Part shown: piece by piece, positions 26,936 through 40,113 of the stretch
How positions within the stretch are numbered: position 1 is the first letter of the stretch
Layout of the letters: every line of letters begins with the position of its first letter
Origin: Podarcis erhardii
Taxonomy: Eukaryota
Strand: one strand, 5' to 3'
Assembly (NCBI GenBank): GCA_964252035.1
Contig: OZ176207.1
Length of the DNA stretch: 64,000 bases
Made by a program: the position numbers and the translations under genes
Notes under the pieces: generated by a model
What the model was told of the DNA's origin: nothing
Database searches by the model: none
Seen by the model: the letters and a program-made list of their open reading frames with translations, nothing else

Positions 26936-27102
26936 TAGTGAGCCAGGAGGAGAGGAGAACTAGAGTTGATTCATGAGCCATCATGAAGTCTTTTAAGGCA
27001 CCATGGTGCTGGTTATATTACTTCCACCATATCCCTGTGTTATACTATGGATAGAATTGAGACAGATAATTTAACATAACCAGAGGAACTTACTTCACAT
27101 GA

Positions 27103-27235
27103 GCAACACAGAGTCTTTTGGCATCTTAAAGACTAAAATCTATATTATGACATAATAAATATGTTAGTTTTTAAGGTACCACAAGGCTCTCTGTTTTTAC
27201 TGCAGCAGATGCATGTGACTAACCTCCTGAATTTG
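27103..27235. mobile_element. Older Penelope-like pLTR remnant with inverted arms
   Basis: gagtcttttggcatcttaaagactaa … ttagtttttaaggtaccacaaggctc form an imperfect inverted repeat. Confidence 0.45.
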
Positions 27236-27498
27236 CTTCACAGGATGTTAGATGTTACAATGGAACTGAAAAGTGGTTAGCACCAAAACGCAAAGCAAAA
27301 AAGAGGCAAAATCTCGAAATGTATGGGGGTGGGGTGGGGGTGGGGGATGGGACTAAGATTCGTTTGTCACACATGCCATATAATGTGAATTAATTAATAG
27401 GCTAAAGGTAGTTGGGAAATAACACATTACATAATTGTCTTGAACATAAAAAGGCTATTGAGTCCTGACAGGGGCAGTACAGATGTACTGTAAGATAC

Positions 27499-27777
27499 AG
27501 TGGTGCCCCGCAAGACGAACGCCTCGCAAGACGGAAAACCCGCTAGACGAAAATGTCTTGCGAGTTCCTGCGGGTTTCCCCCCCTTTCCCCCCCTTTTCC
27601 TAAGCCGCTTATCAGCTGATCCGCTGATAAGCCGCTTAACAGCTGATCGCTAAAAGCTGCTAAACTGCTAATAGCGCTAATCTGCTAAGCTGTCAATGGG
27701 CTTGCTTCGCAAGACGAAAAAAACGCTAGACGAAGAGCCTCACGGAACGGATTAATTTCGTCTTGCGAGGCACCACT
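27499..27777. mobile_element. MITE family A, copy 2 (opposite orientation, internally deleted)
   Basis: Same TIRs and ttagcgg/ccgctaa internal repeats. Confidence 0.82.
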
Positions 27778-27954
27778 TATACATCTGACCTTAATTTTAC
27801 ATATATATTTTAAAAACTCTAAATAACAACTTTTAGGACCACTTGCTCAGGATTTGAACTGCAATGGATACGGTGCTGGAGTTTAATCCTCACTATGGTT
27901 CTGAAGAAAATCACTCCATAGAAGCTATTATTAGCATCAGGAAGGGAGTTCCCA

Positions 27955-28047
27955 CTCAAATCACATATGATAGCTCAAATCACATATGTTAGCTCAAATC
28001 ACATATTATATGCTCAAATCACATATGATAGCTCAGATCATGGCAGT
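27955..28047. repeat. Minisatellite, ~4.5 x 19 bp (ctcaaatcacatatgatag)
   Basis: Direct inspection. Confidence 0.85.
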
Positions 28048-28743
28048 TCATACAGTTGGAGACTGCACATGAACTTGACCAAGTATTGAGCACATCAATT
28101 GCCCAACATCCTACCAGAAGCAATCACATTGTGGTGGAGGGGACTGGCACCTATCAGTCTTACCCTTCCATGTTGGGAGCACAACTTCCATCTTGGACCA
28201 TTGGCCATACAGTTAATTGTAGTTCAAGACACCTAGGAAGGTATAAGGCTGGAGAAGGTTGGCATGCATAAACCAGGTGCAAGGCATAGTGTAAAGGGAG
28301 CTGAAATGTTTGGTAAACTGAATTAAACCACCACCACACTGTTGTCTATATATAGAAGTCTGAAACCTCTATACATAAACTACCAGTATATTCAAGAGAG
28401 AAGATGCAGGAAGATGAAAAATGCAATTGGTTTATTAAGTTAAGAGTCTATGCAGGCAAAAACTTCCATTCATTTGAATGAAGTGAATTGAGAATGCAAT
28501 AGGTATGAACTTTAGTCCTTACCTTTTCCAGCACAGCCAAAACAATTATTCTTTACTCTCTGCACATAATAACTATATAATATTATATTTGGACATTGAT
28601 AGATTTAAAAACCTGACAATATTGCAAAATGAAGATACAGTATACCCATTATTTTGTGGGTATTATTCCAGTTGTATGCATTTTAAAAATAGCACTGTGG
28701 TAATGATACAAAATGTTTTTCTTTTCTTTTTTACATATTCCAG

Positions 28744-28779
28744 GACAAAGTGAAAAAGAAACTCAGCAAAAAGAAAAAG
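28744..28779 (+). CDS. ASPH: ASPH exon GQSEKETQQKEK (linker into full-length isoform)
   Basis: tattccag/gtaaga, 36 nt, phase 1-1, joins in frame to VKKKKPK. Confidence 0.8.
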
Positions 28780-28929
28780 GTAAGATAATGTGAATGCTTA
28801 GTTTTTGCATTGGTGCATGGAATAGAGAAAATGTTCAATTATTCTATTGCTCAAGTTTTGGGAGTTTGTATTGGAGACTGCTTGGAGACCTTTGAGTAGC
28901 AAGTGACATAATCACCATCTTCCTTAAGT

Positions 28930-29640
28930 TAGGACCCAAAGCATTGTGTTTAATTCAAATCAGCAGCCACTAGGCCCTTGACCACCTTCGAAAACCTTCT
29001 CCTGACGGCTGATGGACACAGCAAAGGGGTGGTATCCACAATATACAAAATACTACTCCAAAATCCCACAAACCCCCTTGACGCATTCAAATAACAATGG
29101 GAGGATGACATAGGCTATGAAATTAACCCCATTCATTGGACTAGAATGTGGTCTAAACCTCCCTTTAAGTCCATATCAGCCCAAAGAAGGTTTCACCCTG
29201 AAACTCACCTACAGGTGGTACTTAACACCATGGAAACTGGTGCTGATACACCCAGGAACCTCACCAAGATGTTGGAGAGGCTGCACCTCCACAGGCACAT
29301 GACTCCACATGTGGTGGGAATGCCCTAAAATCCAACCCTTCTGGACAGCAGTCCTACAAAAGATATGCAAAATAACTAAACACGTATTAGAAGTCACCCC
29401 ATAACTGGCCCTACTGAACACCTTCCAACATCATAATGACCACTCACATTATACAGAGGTGTCCTTGCTACATTTTGTGTCCCTATTATACAGCACTAGC
29501 AGAAGAAGGGGTTTTTCCTTGGATAGTTCAGGAACATGATCCCATATGGTGGATTGCTGACACAGTATCCTGAAGCATACGGGTGTTCTTGGAAAGAGTC
29601 CATGAAAGCATGCCTTCCAAGTCTTGGAAAATAAGATCAA
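28930..29640 (+). mobile_element. Degenerate L1 ORF2 C-terminal fragment
   Basis: LKLTYRWYLTP...PRCWRGC..GT*LHMWWECPKIQPFW, the Cys-rich CCHC end of L1 ORF2p, with stops and frameshifts. Confidence 0.8.
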
Positions 29641-30175
29641 ATGATTCTAATGGCCTGTTCTGCACATTTGTTCCTTATGCTGATCATTTGTCATATTGTG
29701 GTAATAACCATAAGCCTATGATGTTCATATATTTAGCCAAATCCTTTAAAACAGGGATAAGGAACCCATTGTGCTCCAGATGTTGTTGGACTGCAACTCC
29801 TATCATTCCTGACCATTGGCCATGCTGGATGAATGTGGTGAGAGTTGGAATCTAACAGCATCTGTAAGGGTGGGTTCCCAAGGTTCCCAATTCCTGCTTT
29901 AAAATCAGGTATAGAGGTTCTTTGTTAATTGATCCTTAATCCTACTATCCTGTTATCCCTCCCTCCTGCAGGGAATGGAGTTGCTGACAAACCCAGTGGC
30001 TGAATGACTTTGAATAGCTCAGTGACTAACAACGGCTTCAGAGACAGTTGTGATCTTTCAGATAGTTTGTAACCACTATGGGCTGCGATGAGGGCACCAT
30101 TGCCTTTTTGGGTGCTGGCCAGATGCTGCTGCAACTTGCAGGAAGCAGGCGATAGCCACCAACTTAGATGGCTTT

Positions 30176-30420
30176 AGGCAAATTCATGGAGGAGAAAGCT
30201 ATCAATGACTACTAGCCATGTTGGCTATATTCTGCTTCCACAGTTGGAGGCAGTAATACCAGTTACCAAAAATCACAGGAGGGGAGATGGCTCTTGTGCC
30301 CAGATCTTGTTTGCTGGTTTCCCACCAGCATCTGGTTGGCCACTAAGAAAGCAGAATGCCAACTACATGGACCATTGTCCTGAGTCAGTAGGCTCTAACT
30401 ATGTTCTTGCATTCTTAACA
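30176..30420 (+). mobile_element. CR1-like 3' end fragment. Related reverse copies at about 13411-13655 and 50325-50460.
   Basis: ggcaaattcatggaggagaaagctatcaatgactactag…gcatctggttggccact…ctatgttctt. Confidence 0.55.
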
Positions 30421-30754
30421 ATTTGGACTGGAAGACAAGAAATTTAAAAAAGAATGGCAAATGTTTATAATGTATATACAAAAGTAATACAAACGGGTCA
30501 AAACATTAGCAGGATTCTAAATACACTAAATGAAATAGAGAGTATGGATAACTTAGGAAGACAGAATAATTGGAGAAATGTCAATATGCAGTTAAAATAT
30601 AATTAAGAGGACCCATGGTTGGGATGGGGGGAAGTCAAGAGGGTAATCTCAATATGTGGAATTGTAAGATTTTTTGATGTAAGTTTATCTTTCTCTTGTG
30701 TTTTTTTCTTCTTTTCATTCTTTTTTCTCCCCCCCCTTTATTTTTTTAAATTCA

Positions 30755-30800
<46 letters not shown>

Positions 30801-30975
30801 AGTTTGGACTGGTCACAGTATTATTGTAACTGCATAAATACAAAAACACTACAGTTTTGCTCCTTATTGTTAGAGATTCTTCAGCATGCATTAAGGTGTT
30901 AAAGAAATTCATAAATAGTCAATTCTGAATTCGGGGAAGAAATGCTGTATTTCTTTTTAATCTCTTTTTTTCTAG

Positions 30976-31061
30976 TGAAGAAAAAGAAACCAAAATTGCT
31001 CAATAAATTTGATAAACAGATTAAAGCTGAACTCGATGCTGCAGAGAAGCTGCGTAAAAAG
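30976..31061 (+). CDS. ASPH: ASPH exon VKKKKPKLLNKFDKQIKAELDAAEKLRKK
   Basis: ttctag/gtaaca. Near-identical to recalled human ASPH. Confidence 0.95.
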
Positions 31062-31294
31062 GTAACAATGAAATCTGACTGAGCTTAAATTGGCTGTTGC
31101 TGGAGAGAACATAAAGATGGGCTGTAGCACCATGCATAAAATTCTAGGCATAGAAAACCTCAGAAGATGCTGATAAACACTACAAATGGTTGTGAACCCA
31201 TCTATTGGCCATGCTAGTAGATCACAATATAGGCTTATGTCTATTGTAAGGGGTGGATGGACAAAGACAGCAATTCAGTACTTTTAAAATGTAT

Positions 31295-31473
31295 AGACTG
31301 TAGCTCAGTGGTAGAGCATCTGCGTTGAATGCAGAAGGTCCCAGGTTCAGTCCTCAGCAACTCCGGGTAAGGCTAGGAAGACTTGTCTGAAATCCTGGAG
31401 AACTGCCATCAGTGTAGACAAAACTGAGCTTGGTGGAATAATGGTCTGATTCAGTGTATGGTAGCTTCCTATG
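31295..31473 (+). mobile_element. tRNA-derived SINE
   Basis: A box tagctcagtgg and B box ggttcagtcc in a tRNA-like head, followed by a non-tRNA body ending gcttcctatg. Confidence 0.8.
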
Positions 31474-32438
31474 ACATTTTATGCAACTGAACCTGGGAAG
31501 TAGGCCTGCCCAAGTAAAGTAAAACTTGCAGTTCTTCCAGATGTGATGGCAGCCTTGAGTTTTAAAATCTATATATTTTTCTCATATTTGCATACCTCTT
31601 CATAACTGATGCTTTCAAGGATTTCACAGCTGTGAAATAGCCCGTAAGAAGGTACCTAAATAATTTCATTTTGATGCCTTAAATTGTGTATTTAATTTCA
31701 GTAGGATTACTCTGAGTAAAACTGAGTTGAATACCACCCATCACATTCAATCAATTTTTTCCTTATGTGTTTTAAAAGCCCCCAATGTGCTTTCATCCCC
31801 CCCCCCAAGATGTTCACTTTAAGCCATTTCATAACAAAAAGGGAAATTTCAGGGATGGCCCCAGATGTTTCCCTCCCTGAGGAAGAGCAGTAAATACCGC
31901 CTTCTCCCTCTCCCTCTCTTCGGTCTCCTCTCTCCTCCCCCCCCCCACCCTGAGCCCAAACCTAGCTGGTTTATTTTAGCATCTAAGACATAAAATCCCA
32001 CAAGCACTTCTCCCTGGATACAAAAATAAATAACTTGTTACTCTTCCATGACACTCAAAATCCACTGCCTGTGGTCATCAACCCACTCTAGTGCTGATAT
32101 TTTAGATTCCCCCGCCATTCCCTTCCACAATCATTTCATAATGTTAATATTTTATTTTTATTTAAACAACAACAATCCCAACCTGTGCTTATTTAAAAGG
32201 TGTATTATACATTACCACACTATAACAGATAACTTCCCTAACTGTCACTGTAAGTGTTGTGTGCCTACTTCCTTTTCCCACGAAAAATGTTTTATAAATG
32301 ACTGGATTATTTTTAGGCGCTTTGTTAGCTGGTAACTTCTCAGCACTTTTATCGGAAATGTAAATAATAATGAATGTTAATATTTTCCCTACACCTGATA
32401 TTTTGCAAATTACTTCAGATAACAATGGTTTTCTTTAG

Positions 32439-32525
32439 GGAAAAGCTGAGGAAGCTTTGAAGGCATTTGAAGCATTAGTCAACAAGTATCCCCAAAGCCC
32501 ACGGGCAAGATATGGAAAAGCGCAG
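32439..32525 (+). CDS. ASPH: ASPH TPR exon GKAEEALKAFEALVNKYPQSPRARYGKAQ
   Basis: ctttag/gtaaaa, 87 nt, phase 0-0. Confidence 0.95.
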
Positions 32526-33574
32526 GTAAAAAATGAGCAAGCAATGTATAGAAAGACAAATTGTCTAGTTGTGTATGTCTCTATTTGTCCTAGACTATAA
32601 ATCCAGTCATCTCCAGGATGAACACAATGGGAAATGTGAATGATCTTGCAAAAGGCAGCTCTTATTCAGTGAGGCCAGGACATTTCCCCCAGAGCTGTGA
32701 AACTTGCAGGTGGTTTACTGAATGTTCCTTAATCCTAGCACTGGTTGTTGTTTCTTCCTATGCTCCTGTAACTGCCAATTTCTTCTGAAAGAAGGGAGCA
32801 GGTGACACTTCCTTTCATGAATAGAAGAGGCTTGGTAGCTCCTGTCTTTTCCTTTGGCTGTCTCTCAGCTTCTTGTGTTACATACAATTAAGCAATGGCA
32901 TTCCCAGTGATTTGTGCTTATAGCCCATATTTTGTAGCCTTGAAATAACTTGCGCAACACTATAATCAGCTTGCTTGACATTACACGATGGAAATATGGA
33001 GGTCTTAACTGTCAGTTCTTCAACTGACAGCCATCTTAAAATAAATAAATAAACCAAAGCCAGCAAAATTCACCATATTAACCCTTTGTTAAAACAACTT
33101 TCTGTTACAACTTTCCATCCAGTAAAGTCATTCTGAAGTGAAAACAGATTTATAACTACCTTTGAACAAATACTCGTGATTTGGTGACTGAATTCCAGAA
33201 TAAAACAAAACAAAGCTGCAGGCATTTCAAAAGATGAGCACGGAAACAAAATACCTGTTTATTTTTTCAAGTCAGTGTTGTGGTTGGCTATGTAGAGGCT
33301 GTTTGACAGCTATTAAAATACTTTTTTTCCCATTTTCCTTGCTGTACGTTTTGGTGTAAGTAGCCACCAAAATGCTTGAAGGTGTTACACTGTCCATTTG
33401 TACAATCAGGAATTCGTCTTCTTCTTCTTCTTTAAAATGAAAGCAGTTCATCTCCTTTCCCCAGTGACATTTACCAATCTCAAACAACTACCAAATGAGT
33501 AAAAACATGTTTTTAACAAACAAAAAGTTAAGTGGTGACTTGGGCACTGATGAATTATTTATGGTCACACACAG

Positions 33575-33725
33575 AGTGAGGATGACTTGGCAGAGAAAGC
33601 GAGAAGCAATGAAATACTACAGCGATCCATCAGTACCTATGGTGAAGTTGCTAGTCTACCAAATGTCCCTGATGATCTGGTAAAACTCACATTGAAAAGA
33701 AGGGCAGATCGACAACAATTTCTTG
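33575..33725 (+). CDS. ASPH: ASPH TPR exon SEDDLAEKARSNEILQRSISTYGEVASLPNVPDDLVKLTLKRRADRQQFL(G)
   Basis: acacag/gtaagg, 151 nt. Overlaps ORF-track 33587..33799. Confidence 0.95.
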
Positions 33726-34165
33726 GTAAGGATCTTAAATCTGTACTTACTGCAGGTCAAATGCCCAGGGGATTTTTAAAGACTTTGTTGTTTTATTAAA
33801 TGGATGATACATACAGCATATGTTTGTAAAGTTACATGAACGATAAGCAACAAAAGAACTGTTTGTGCAATGTAGCTTAAAGGGTAAGTACACACTAGAG
33901 ATGTATATCATATAATGCCAAGAAGATTTTGAAGGAGACAAGTTTTGTTTGCTGCAACTGAAACCTATTTGGTCTCAAAAAATCCTCCTTGTGAATTTTA
34001 ATATCATTTTTTCTACAGATACTGCTCAGTTGCTTGAATATTCTTCCAAATGATTTCTATCTAGATTTGACATTGATACTTGGTTTTAATATCCTGATAG
34101 GAGTGGGGGGATTTTGCCAGTATTTGATAATGCATATTCAACAGTATACAGCTGTGTTGCCTGTA

Positions 34166-34391
34166 CAGTGGTACCTCGGGTTAAGTACTTAATTCGTTCT
34201 GGATGTCCGTTCTTAACCTGAAACTGTTCTTAACCTGAAGCACCACTTTAGCTAATGGGGCCTCCTGCTGCCGCCGCGCTGCCGGAGCATGATTTCTGTT
34301 CTCATCCTGAAGCAAAGTTCTTAACCTGAAGCACTATTTCTGGGTTAGCCGAGTCTGTAACCTGAAGCGTATGTAACCCGAGGTACCACTG
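34166..34391. mobile_element. MITE family B, copy 2
   Basis: Same TIRs, TA TSD, inverted relative to copy 1. Confidence 0.85.
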
Positions 34392-35049
34392 TATACAGCT
34401 TCACAGAGTCAAATCATATTGCACAGACCACAGATATGCTTGTACAAAAACACCCCAAACCCTGTGTGCATCACTGCATTTGTGTTTTAAACTGTTGGTC
34501 TCTTTCCACTGGCATTAAATCACAGGCATGACTTGAAATGAACAGAAGTAGATAGAAACAGGTGTCTCCCAGATTCATGGAAAGGACAAATGTTAAGCAA
34601 ATATTGTGAGCAACTGTCTTCCTGTGAGCCAGGAAGTCTGAACATTCCGCCCCCCCCCCACTTGAATTAATTGCAGTTTATTTATACCCTTAATTAATAT
34701 AGTTGAAAAATAGCAGCAGCTTTAAACGTGCACTTTAAAGAACTGGAGATTAATTGCTCGCATATCTATCCACGCTGTGAACCCCCTTATTACCACTGTC
34801 CAATGAAAGCTGTGATATGAGGAATGCCACAGTTGTCCACAAGAGGTCTCCATAAGACTGACTGATACAACCCACCAGCTTGCTTTCCTAAGGCATAACT
34901 GTTAAAATTAGTAGTAAAAGAGATCAGTGAGAAAAATACTCATATATTTTTACGTGCATATTTACATTTTGTGTTATCGGTCTTTAGTAATGTACACTTT
35001 TTATATATTTAATCACCTGAGCCCATTTAACAGCTGAACATACTGTATT

Positions 35050-35182
35050 GCAGGCATGAGCAACATGATGCTCTCCAGATGTTGCTGGACTCCCATCAAC
35101 CTCAGTCAGGATGGCCAATAGGCAGAGATGATGGGAGTCCAACCACATCTGGACGGCACTGGATTGGCTACCTCCTCTGCTA
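35050..35182. repeat. Dispersed hairpin-type repeat (gatgttgctggact(acaact)cccatca). Related copies near 18790, 29770, 37580 and 38950.
   Basis: Internal inverted repeat tccagatgttgctggactcccatca/tgatgggagtccaaccacatctgga. Recurs across the window, probably a non-autonomous DNA element. Confidence 0.55.
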
Positions 35183-35245
35183 TATCCCAGACTACTCCTA
35201 CTTGTAACCAAGCTGCTGTTGTTGTTTTTTGTCCAATTCAATTAG

Positions 35246-35382
35246 GTCGCATGAGAGGCTCCTTGGTTACACTGCAAAAACTTGTTAGCCTGTTTCCCAA
35301 TGATACCTCATTCAAGAACAATCTAGGAGTGGGTTACCTTTTGATTGGCGACAACAGCAATGCCAAGAGGGTTTATGAGGAG
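35246..35382 (+). CDS. ASPH: ASPH TPR exon (G)RMRGSLVTLQKLVSLFPNDTSFKNNLGVGYLLIGDNSNAKRVYEE
   Basis: attag/gtgagc, 137 nt. Confidence 0.95.
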
Positions 35383-36199
35383 GTGAGCTTCTATTAAGAA
35401 TATGTAAACTTTTTTTTTAAAGTACCACAGGTTGATCAAGGCTTAAGAACATTACAATTTTGAAAACAATAAAAGTATGCACCTGCCTCTTTATAGCATA
35501 GGTGGTGAACCAGTGGGCTGAAAGGTGATTGCCGCGGCCCCGCCATCCCACAGCAAAATCAGACACATCTCCCTCTGCAAAGGCTCCATTGCTGGGTGGT
35601 CTTACCAGACAGGAACCAGGAAGGAGCCTTCTGTGCTGTTTCCTCATAGTAACGATTCCCGGCAAGAGGGAGTATGACTTTGCAAATTATGCAGATGGGG
35701 GCTTTCTTTTCCATTGTGCCAGTTGGGCCTGAACTTCTCTTCATTACCCAGGGCTGCAGTGGCAAAATCTGTACATCACAGTCCTGGGCTGAGAGGAAAG
35801 GGTTAAACCTCTTCATGCAGCCCGATACTGTGATGGACAAATCAGCCCATGACAGGGATGAGCTGAGGAGAGTGGTTTAAACTTCCCTGCCCAGCCTAGT
35901 GATGGAATTTCAAAGCCCTGTGGTGAGGATGAGTGTGTATGCAGTGTGTGTGTGTTTTGTATGTGGTGCATGTGTGATAAATATGTGTTGGCAACACCTA
36001 CCACAGGCATGCAGTCCTTGGATTAGTTTACTATCAGGGTAGCCCTTCAGCTGAAAAAGGGTAGCCACCCCTGCCTTTTAGGCCATGGTACCCTCATTTT
36101 GACCAGTCCAAACACTGCAAATGTTTCCTCTTACGGTTGCGCTAAAGTGTGCATAGGCTATGTGTGGTTTCCCTGTTGTGTAGCTTCTTGTTCAAACTA

Positions 36200-36548
36200 C
36201 AGTGGTGCCTCACAAGATGAAATTAATCCGTTCCGTGAGGCTCTTCGTATAGCAGTTTTTTCGTCTTGTGAAGCAAGCCCATTGACAGCTTAGCGGATTA
36301 GTGCTATTAGCGGTTTAGCGGCTTTTAGCGGATGAGCTGATAAGCGGCTTATCAGCGGATGAGCTGATAAGCGGCTTAGGGCTTAGGAAAAGGGGGGGGG
36401 GGGAACCCGCAGGAACTTGCAAGACATTTTCGTCTTGCGAAGCAAGCCCATAGGGAAATTCGTTTTGCGAAGTGCCTCCAAAACGGAAAACCCTTTCGTC
36501 TAGCAGGTTTTCCGTCTTGCGAGGCGTTCGTCTTGCGGGGCACCACTG
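36200..36548. mobile_element. MITE family A, copy 3
   Basis: Same TIRs, TA TSD, highly similar to 4107-4451. Confidence 0.85.
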
Positions 36549-36667
36549 TACAAGATACTTGCCTTTTCCTCTTCTAACTCTTCATTCCTTCACATGGGAA
36601 AACTTGGCATACTAAAAAGCATGTGAACAGGATTGTACCATGACTCTAGGTCCTGCTTGGACTTCTG

Positions 36668-37201
36668 CAATGTGCTCTACGTGGGGCTACCTTTGAAGGT
36701 GACCCGGAAACTGCAATTAATCCAGAATAAGGCAGCTAGACTGGTGACTGGGAGTGGCCGCCGGGACACATAACACCGGTCCTGAGAGATCTGCATTGGC
36801 TCCCAGTATGTTTCCGAGCACAATTCAGAGTGTTGGTGCTGACCTTTAAAGCCCTAAACGGCCTCAGTCTTGTATACCTGAAGGAGTGTTTCCACCCCCA
36901 TCGTTCTGCCCGGACACTGAGACCCAGCGCTGAGGGCCTTCTGGCAGTTCCCTCATTGCGAGAAGTGAGGTTACAGGGAACCAGGCAGAGGGCCTTCTCG
37001 GTAGCGGCACCCGCCCTGTGGAACACCCTCCCTTCAGATGTGAAGGAAATAAGCAGCTATCCTATCTTTAAAAGACATCTGAAGGCAGCCCTGTTTAGGG
37101 AAGTTTTTAATATTTAATGCTGTATTGTTTTTAACACTCAATTGGGAGCTGCCCAGAGTGGCTGGGGAAACTCAGCCAGATGGGCAAGGTATAAATAATA
37201 A

Positions 37202-37263
<62 letters not shown>
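36668..37263 (+). mobile_element. L2 3' fragment, same subfamily as 19697-22770, with expanded (TTA)n tail
   Basis: Highly similar to 22220-22770. About 20 TTA units at about 37200-37263. Confidence 0.9.
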
Positions 37264-37264
<1 letters not shown>

Positions 37265-38447
37265 GGTAGACATTCAAATCTGACTGTATGATAATGCCAC
37301 TGAAGGCAACTGAACCTCATTGAAAGTGAGGGCATTGCTTCCTGAAGCAGTCACTTACATAATTCCAGCCAGCTGCAGTTGTACATCAATTTAAAAGCAT
37401 ATCTCATTTACAAAATGCTCAAAGATGTTACATTTTAAAAGTTAAAGAATACATGTGGAATGGACTGATGAAGAAACAAAGTTAGGTATCCCAGGCGGAG
37501 TATCATAACTCATTTCAAGTTTAAATATAAAGTATAAAGTAGCTAGTTCTGTACCCTATAAAATAGGGATGAGGAATGTGTGGTGCTTTGGATGTTGTTC
37601 ACTACAACTCCTGTCATTTTCTTGTCATGCTGATTGGGGCTGATGGGTCTTGGCACCAAACAACTTCTGGAGGACCTCAGATTCTCCACTGCTGTTCTGA
37701 ATAGAGTCTTGAACTTTGACTAGAGGCATTGCAATGTGGTTGAAGACCCATGAAGCACCGTCTGCTGATGCCCAACGAGAATCAGAAAATCCCTGCACCC
37801 TCTCTTCACCTCTCTTCTGTTGGCAAAAGGGTAGCACTAGAATGAGAAGTTGTGGGTCAGCAGTAGGAATAACTTCTAGGAAATCTCTGTGTTCATGGTT
37901 GACCTAAATTCTGTTTTCAGCAGTTTGGTCATGTTGAATCTTTTTTCCTATTTCCCCTGCCACACACACCTTCAGCAATGAACCTAAACAGTGAACTTTG
38001 AATCAAAGAATTTTATTCCTATAGCTGGAATTCAACCCGATGGGAAACTTGTCCATTCTTGGCGAACAATTTTTTTAAGATCTTCCATTGTATCACAGCT
38101 TGAAGGCAGTGTCAAGAAAGGGATAGCATTTCATTTTTCTCCGATTAGCTTTTCCCCCTTTGAATCTAGTAGTCTGGCACTGAGACACAATACATTAAAT
38201 ATAGGCTTTGTAAAAATCAAAGCTGCTTTTGTTTTCAAAGCGCAATAGATCTTGATTTAACTTTCTTCAAGGGATTTCTCTAGTTCAAGAAATTTGAAGG
38301 CAAACGCTCTGTCTCCCAATTTGTGCCACAGATAGACGAGTGTTTTGAGGTCAGTCCTGAACTCTGCATTAATTATAGTTAAATGGCTGAAGGAGACACA
38401 GTAGCAGGAAGAATTCCCTTCCTTCTCTGCTCCCACAGTTCTGTGTA

Positions 38448-38673
38448 CAGTGGTACCTCAGGTTAAGTACTTAATTCGTTCCGGAGGTCCGTTCTTAACC
38501 TGAAACTGTTCTTAACCTGAAGCACCACTTTAGCTAATGGGGCCTCCTGCTGCTGCTGCTGCGCCGCCGCACGATTTCTGTTCTCATCTTGAAGCAAAAT
38601 TCTTAACCCGAGGTACTATTTCTGGGTTAACGGAGTCTGTAACCTGAAGCATATGTAACCTGAGGTACCACTA
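38448..38673. mobile_element. MITE family B, copy 3
   Basis: Same TIRs, TA TSD. Confidence 0.85.
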
Positions 38674-39675
38674 TACTAATTAAACATTCTTTTCATAAAA
38701 ATCCATTGTGCAAATGTCAAAACTGATGTTTGGTATGTTGTTTAAAAATGAAGGCCATACCACGAATATCAGCACAGCTTCTTGTCCATGGCTGAGGATG
38801 GAACGGCACCTTACATGCAGCATGGAAGTATTGCCAAAAATGGCTCCCCTCCTGTTTGAGTTTCCCCCCTCTGCTCCATAACATTTAGGCTCACTTAACC
38901 CAGCAGGTGCCCGCCACATATTTTTTTTAACTACAACTCTCATCCGCCTTGGCTATTGACCATGTTGTCTGGGACTGATGGGAGTTCTAGTCCAAAATAT
39001 CAAGGGGGGGCACCAAATTGGGGAAGACTGATTCAGTCTATATCATGATATCACCAAGTTGTGAGTTTCCCTGCCTTTAGCAATGGGATCCAATAATATG
39101 GAGTGAGACATGAAGTCTCATGAGTTGATAAAAACACATCACAGGGTATGTTCCTTATTTTATTATTTCTTTCTTTCCTTCATTATTTCATCTTTCTCTT
39201 CTCCTGTCTCCTAATTTATCCCTTCTCTATCTCCTTTTCTCTTTCTCTTTTCTTTTTCTTTTTAGTTTTTGGTTTTATTTAGATTAACATTTTAATGTTG
39301 ATAAAAAATATAATAAATAATATTTGTGTTCCTTTTTCCAAACTCTAATAAAATTTATTTTTTTTAATGCAATTTTGAAGCATCTCCATGTGACACACAA
39401 TATGTAATTCCAGCCTATATGACTGTGCTGAATTAGTCCAAGAAGTCTGCTGCATGACCTTGCAGGCAAGAGAAAAGGCAGGGACAACTCCAATTAGACA
39501 TACATGTTCAATAATGCATAGTCAAAACCCTTAGCCAGTGGTCTGCTTGTGGACTACTAATGGAAATAAATCCTTATTTTGAGCCAAGAACTAATATATA
39601 GCCATGTCTCTGTAAACAATTCAAAATCACTGCAGAGGTAAAGCCCTAATTATTTTTTGTTTTGCTTTTTCACAG

Positions 39676-39774
39676 GTTTTGAGCCTGGCTCCTAATGACG
39701 GCTTTGCTAAAGTGCATTATGGCTTCATCCTGAAGGCAGAGAACAAGATTGCAGAAAGCATTCCCTATTTAAAA
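39676..39774 (+). CDS. ASPH: ASPH TPR exon VLSLAPNDGFAKVHYGFILKAENKIAESIPYLK
   Basis: tcacag/gtaata, 99 nt. Confidence 0.95.
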
Positions 39775-39939
39775 GTAATATTTACATTAGGTTCTCCTTT
39801 TTTTGGAAAGCACAATAAATGGAGGAAATTATATGTGAAGGGTCAAAATTGTACTATTTAATATTAGAGGGTCGTGAAAACCTCCTTTCCCCATATGAAC
39901 TGACCCAGATCCTGTGATCACCATCTGAGACCCTTTTTC

Positions 39940-40078
39940 TTTTTCTTTTTTTAAATGATATTTATTAAGTTTTTAACAAGAAAAAGGTTACAAATAGTAA
40001 ACAAAAACACACACACAAAATACAACGTAAAAGGAAAAAAAATAAAAATAAAAATTCCTCTTTCTAATATCTTACCAC
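39940..40078 (-). mobile_element. Short L1-like 3' end (AATAAA + A-rich tail) fused to the U2 fragment
   Basis: On the - strand: T-rich body, AATAAA, then an A-rich tail. The whole insert is flanked by the 18-bp direct repeat catctgagaccctttttc. Confidence 0.7.
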
Positions 40079-40113
40079 TCGCTTCTCGGCCTTTTGGCTA
40101 AGATCAAGTGTAG
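40079..40113 (+). pseudogene. 3'-truncated U2 snRNA fragment (nt 2-36)
   Basis: tcgcttctcggccttttggctaagatcaagtgtag matches the vertebrate U2 5' end exactly, as recalled. The rest of U2 is absent. Confidence 0.92.

Noticed and set aside
27955-28047. Short spaced repeats as a CRISPR-like array
   Set aside because: The units are contiguous with no unique spacers, and this is a eukaryotic intron. It is an ordinary minisatellite.
31295-31370. Functional tRNA gene
   Set aside because: The acceptor stem is degraded and the sequence continues into a SINE body and tail.
40079-40113. Functional U2 gene, or target site of a U2-specific retrotransposon (Keno/Utopia)
   Set aside because: Only 35 nt are present, with no Sm site or promoter. 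Nothing element-like follows U2 on the same strand, and the LINE tail is in the opposite orientation.
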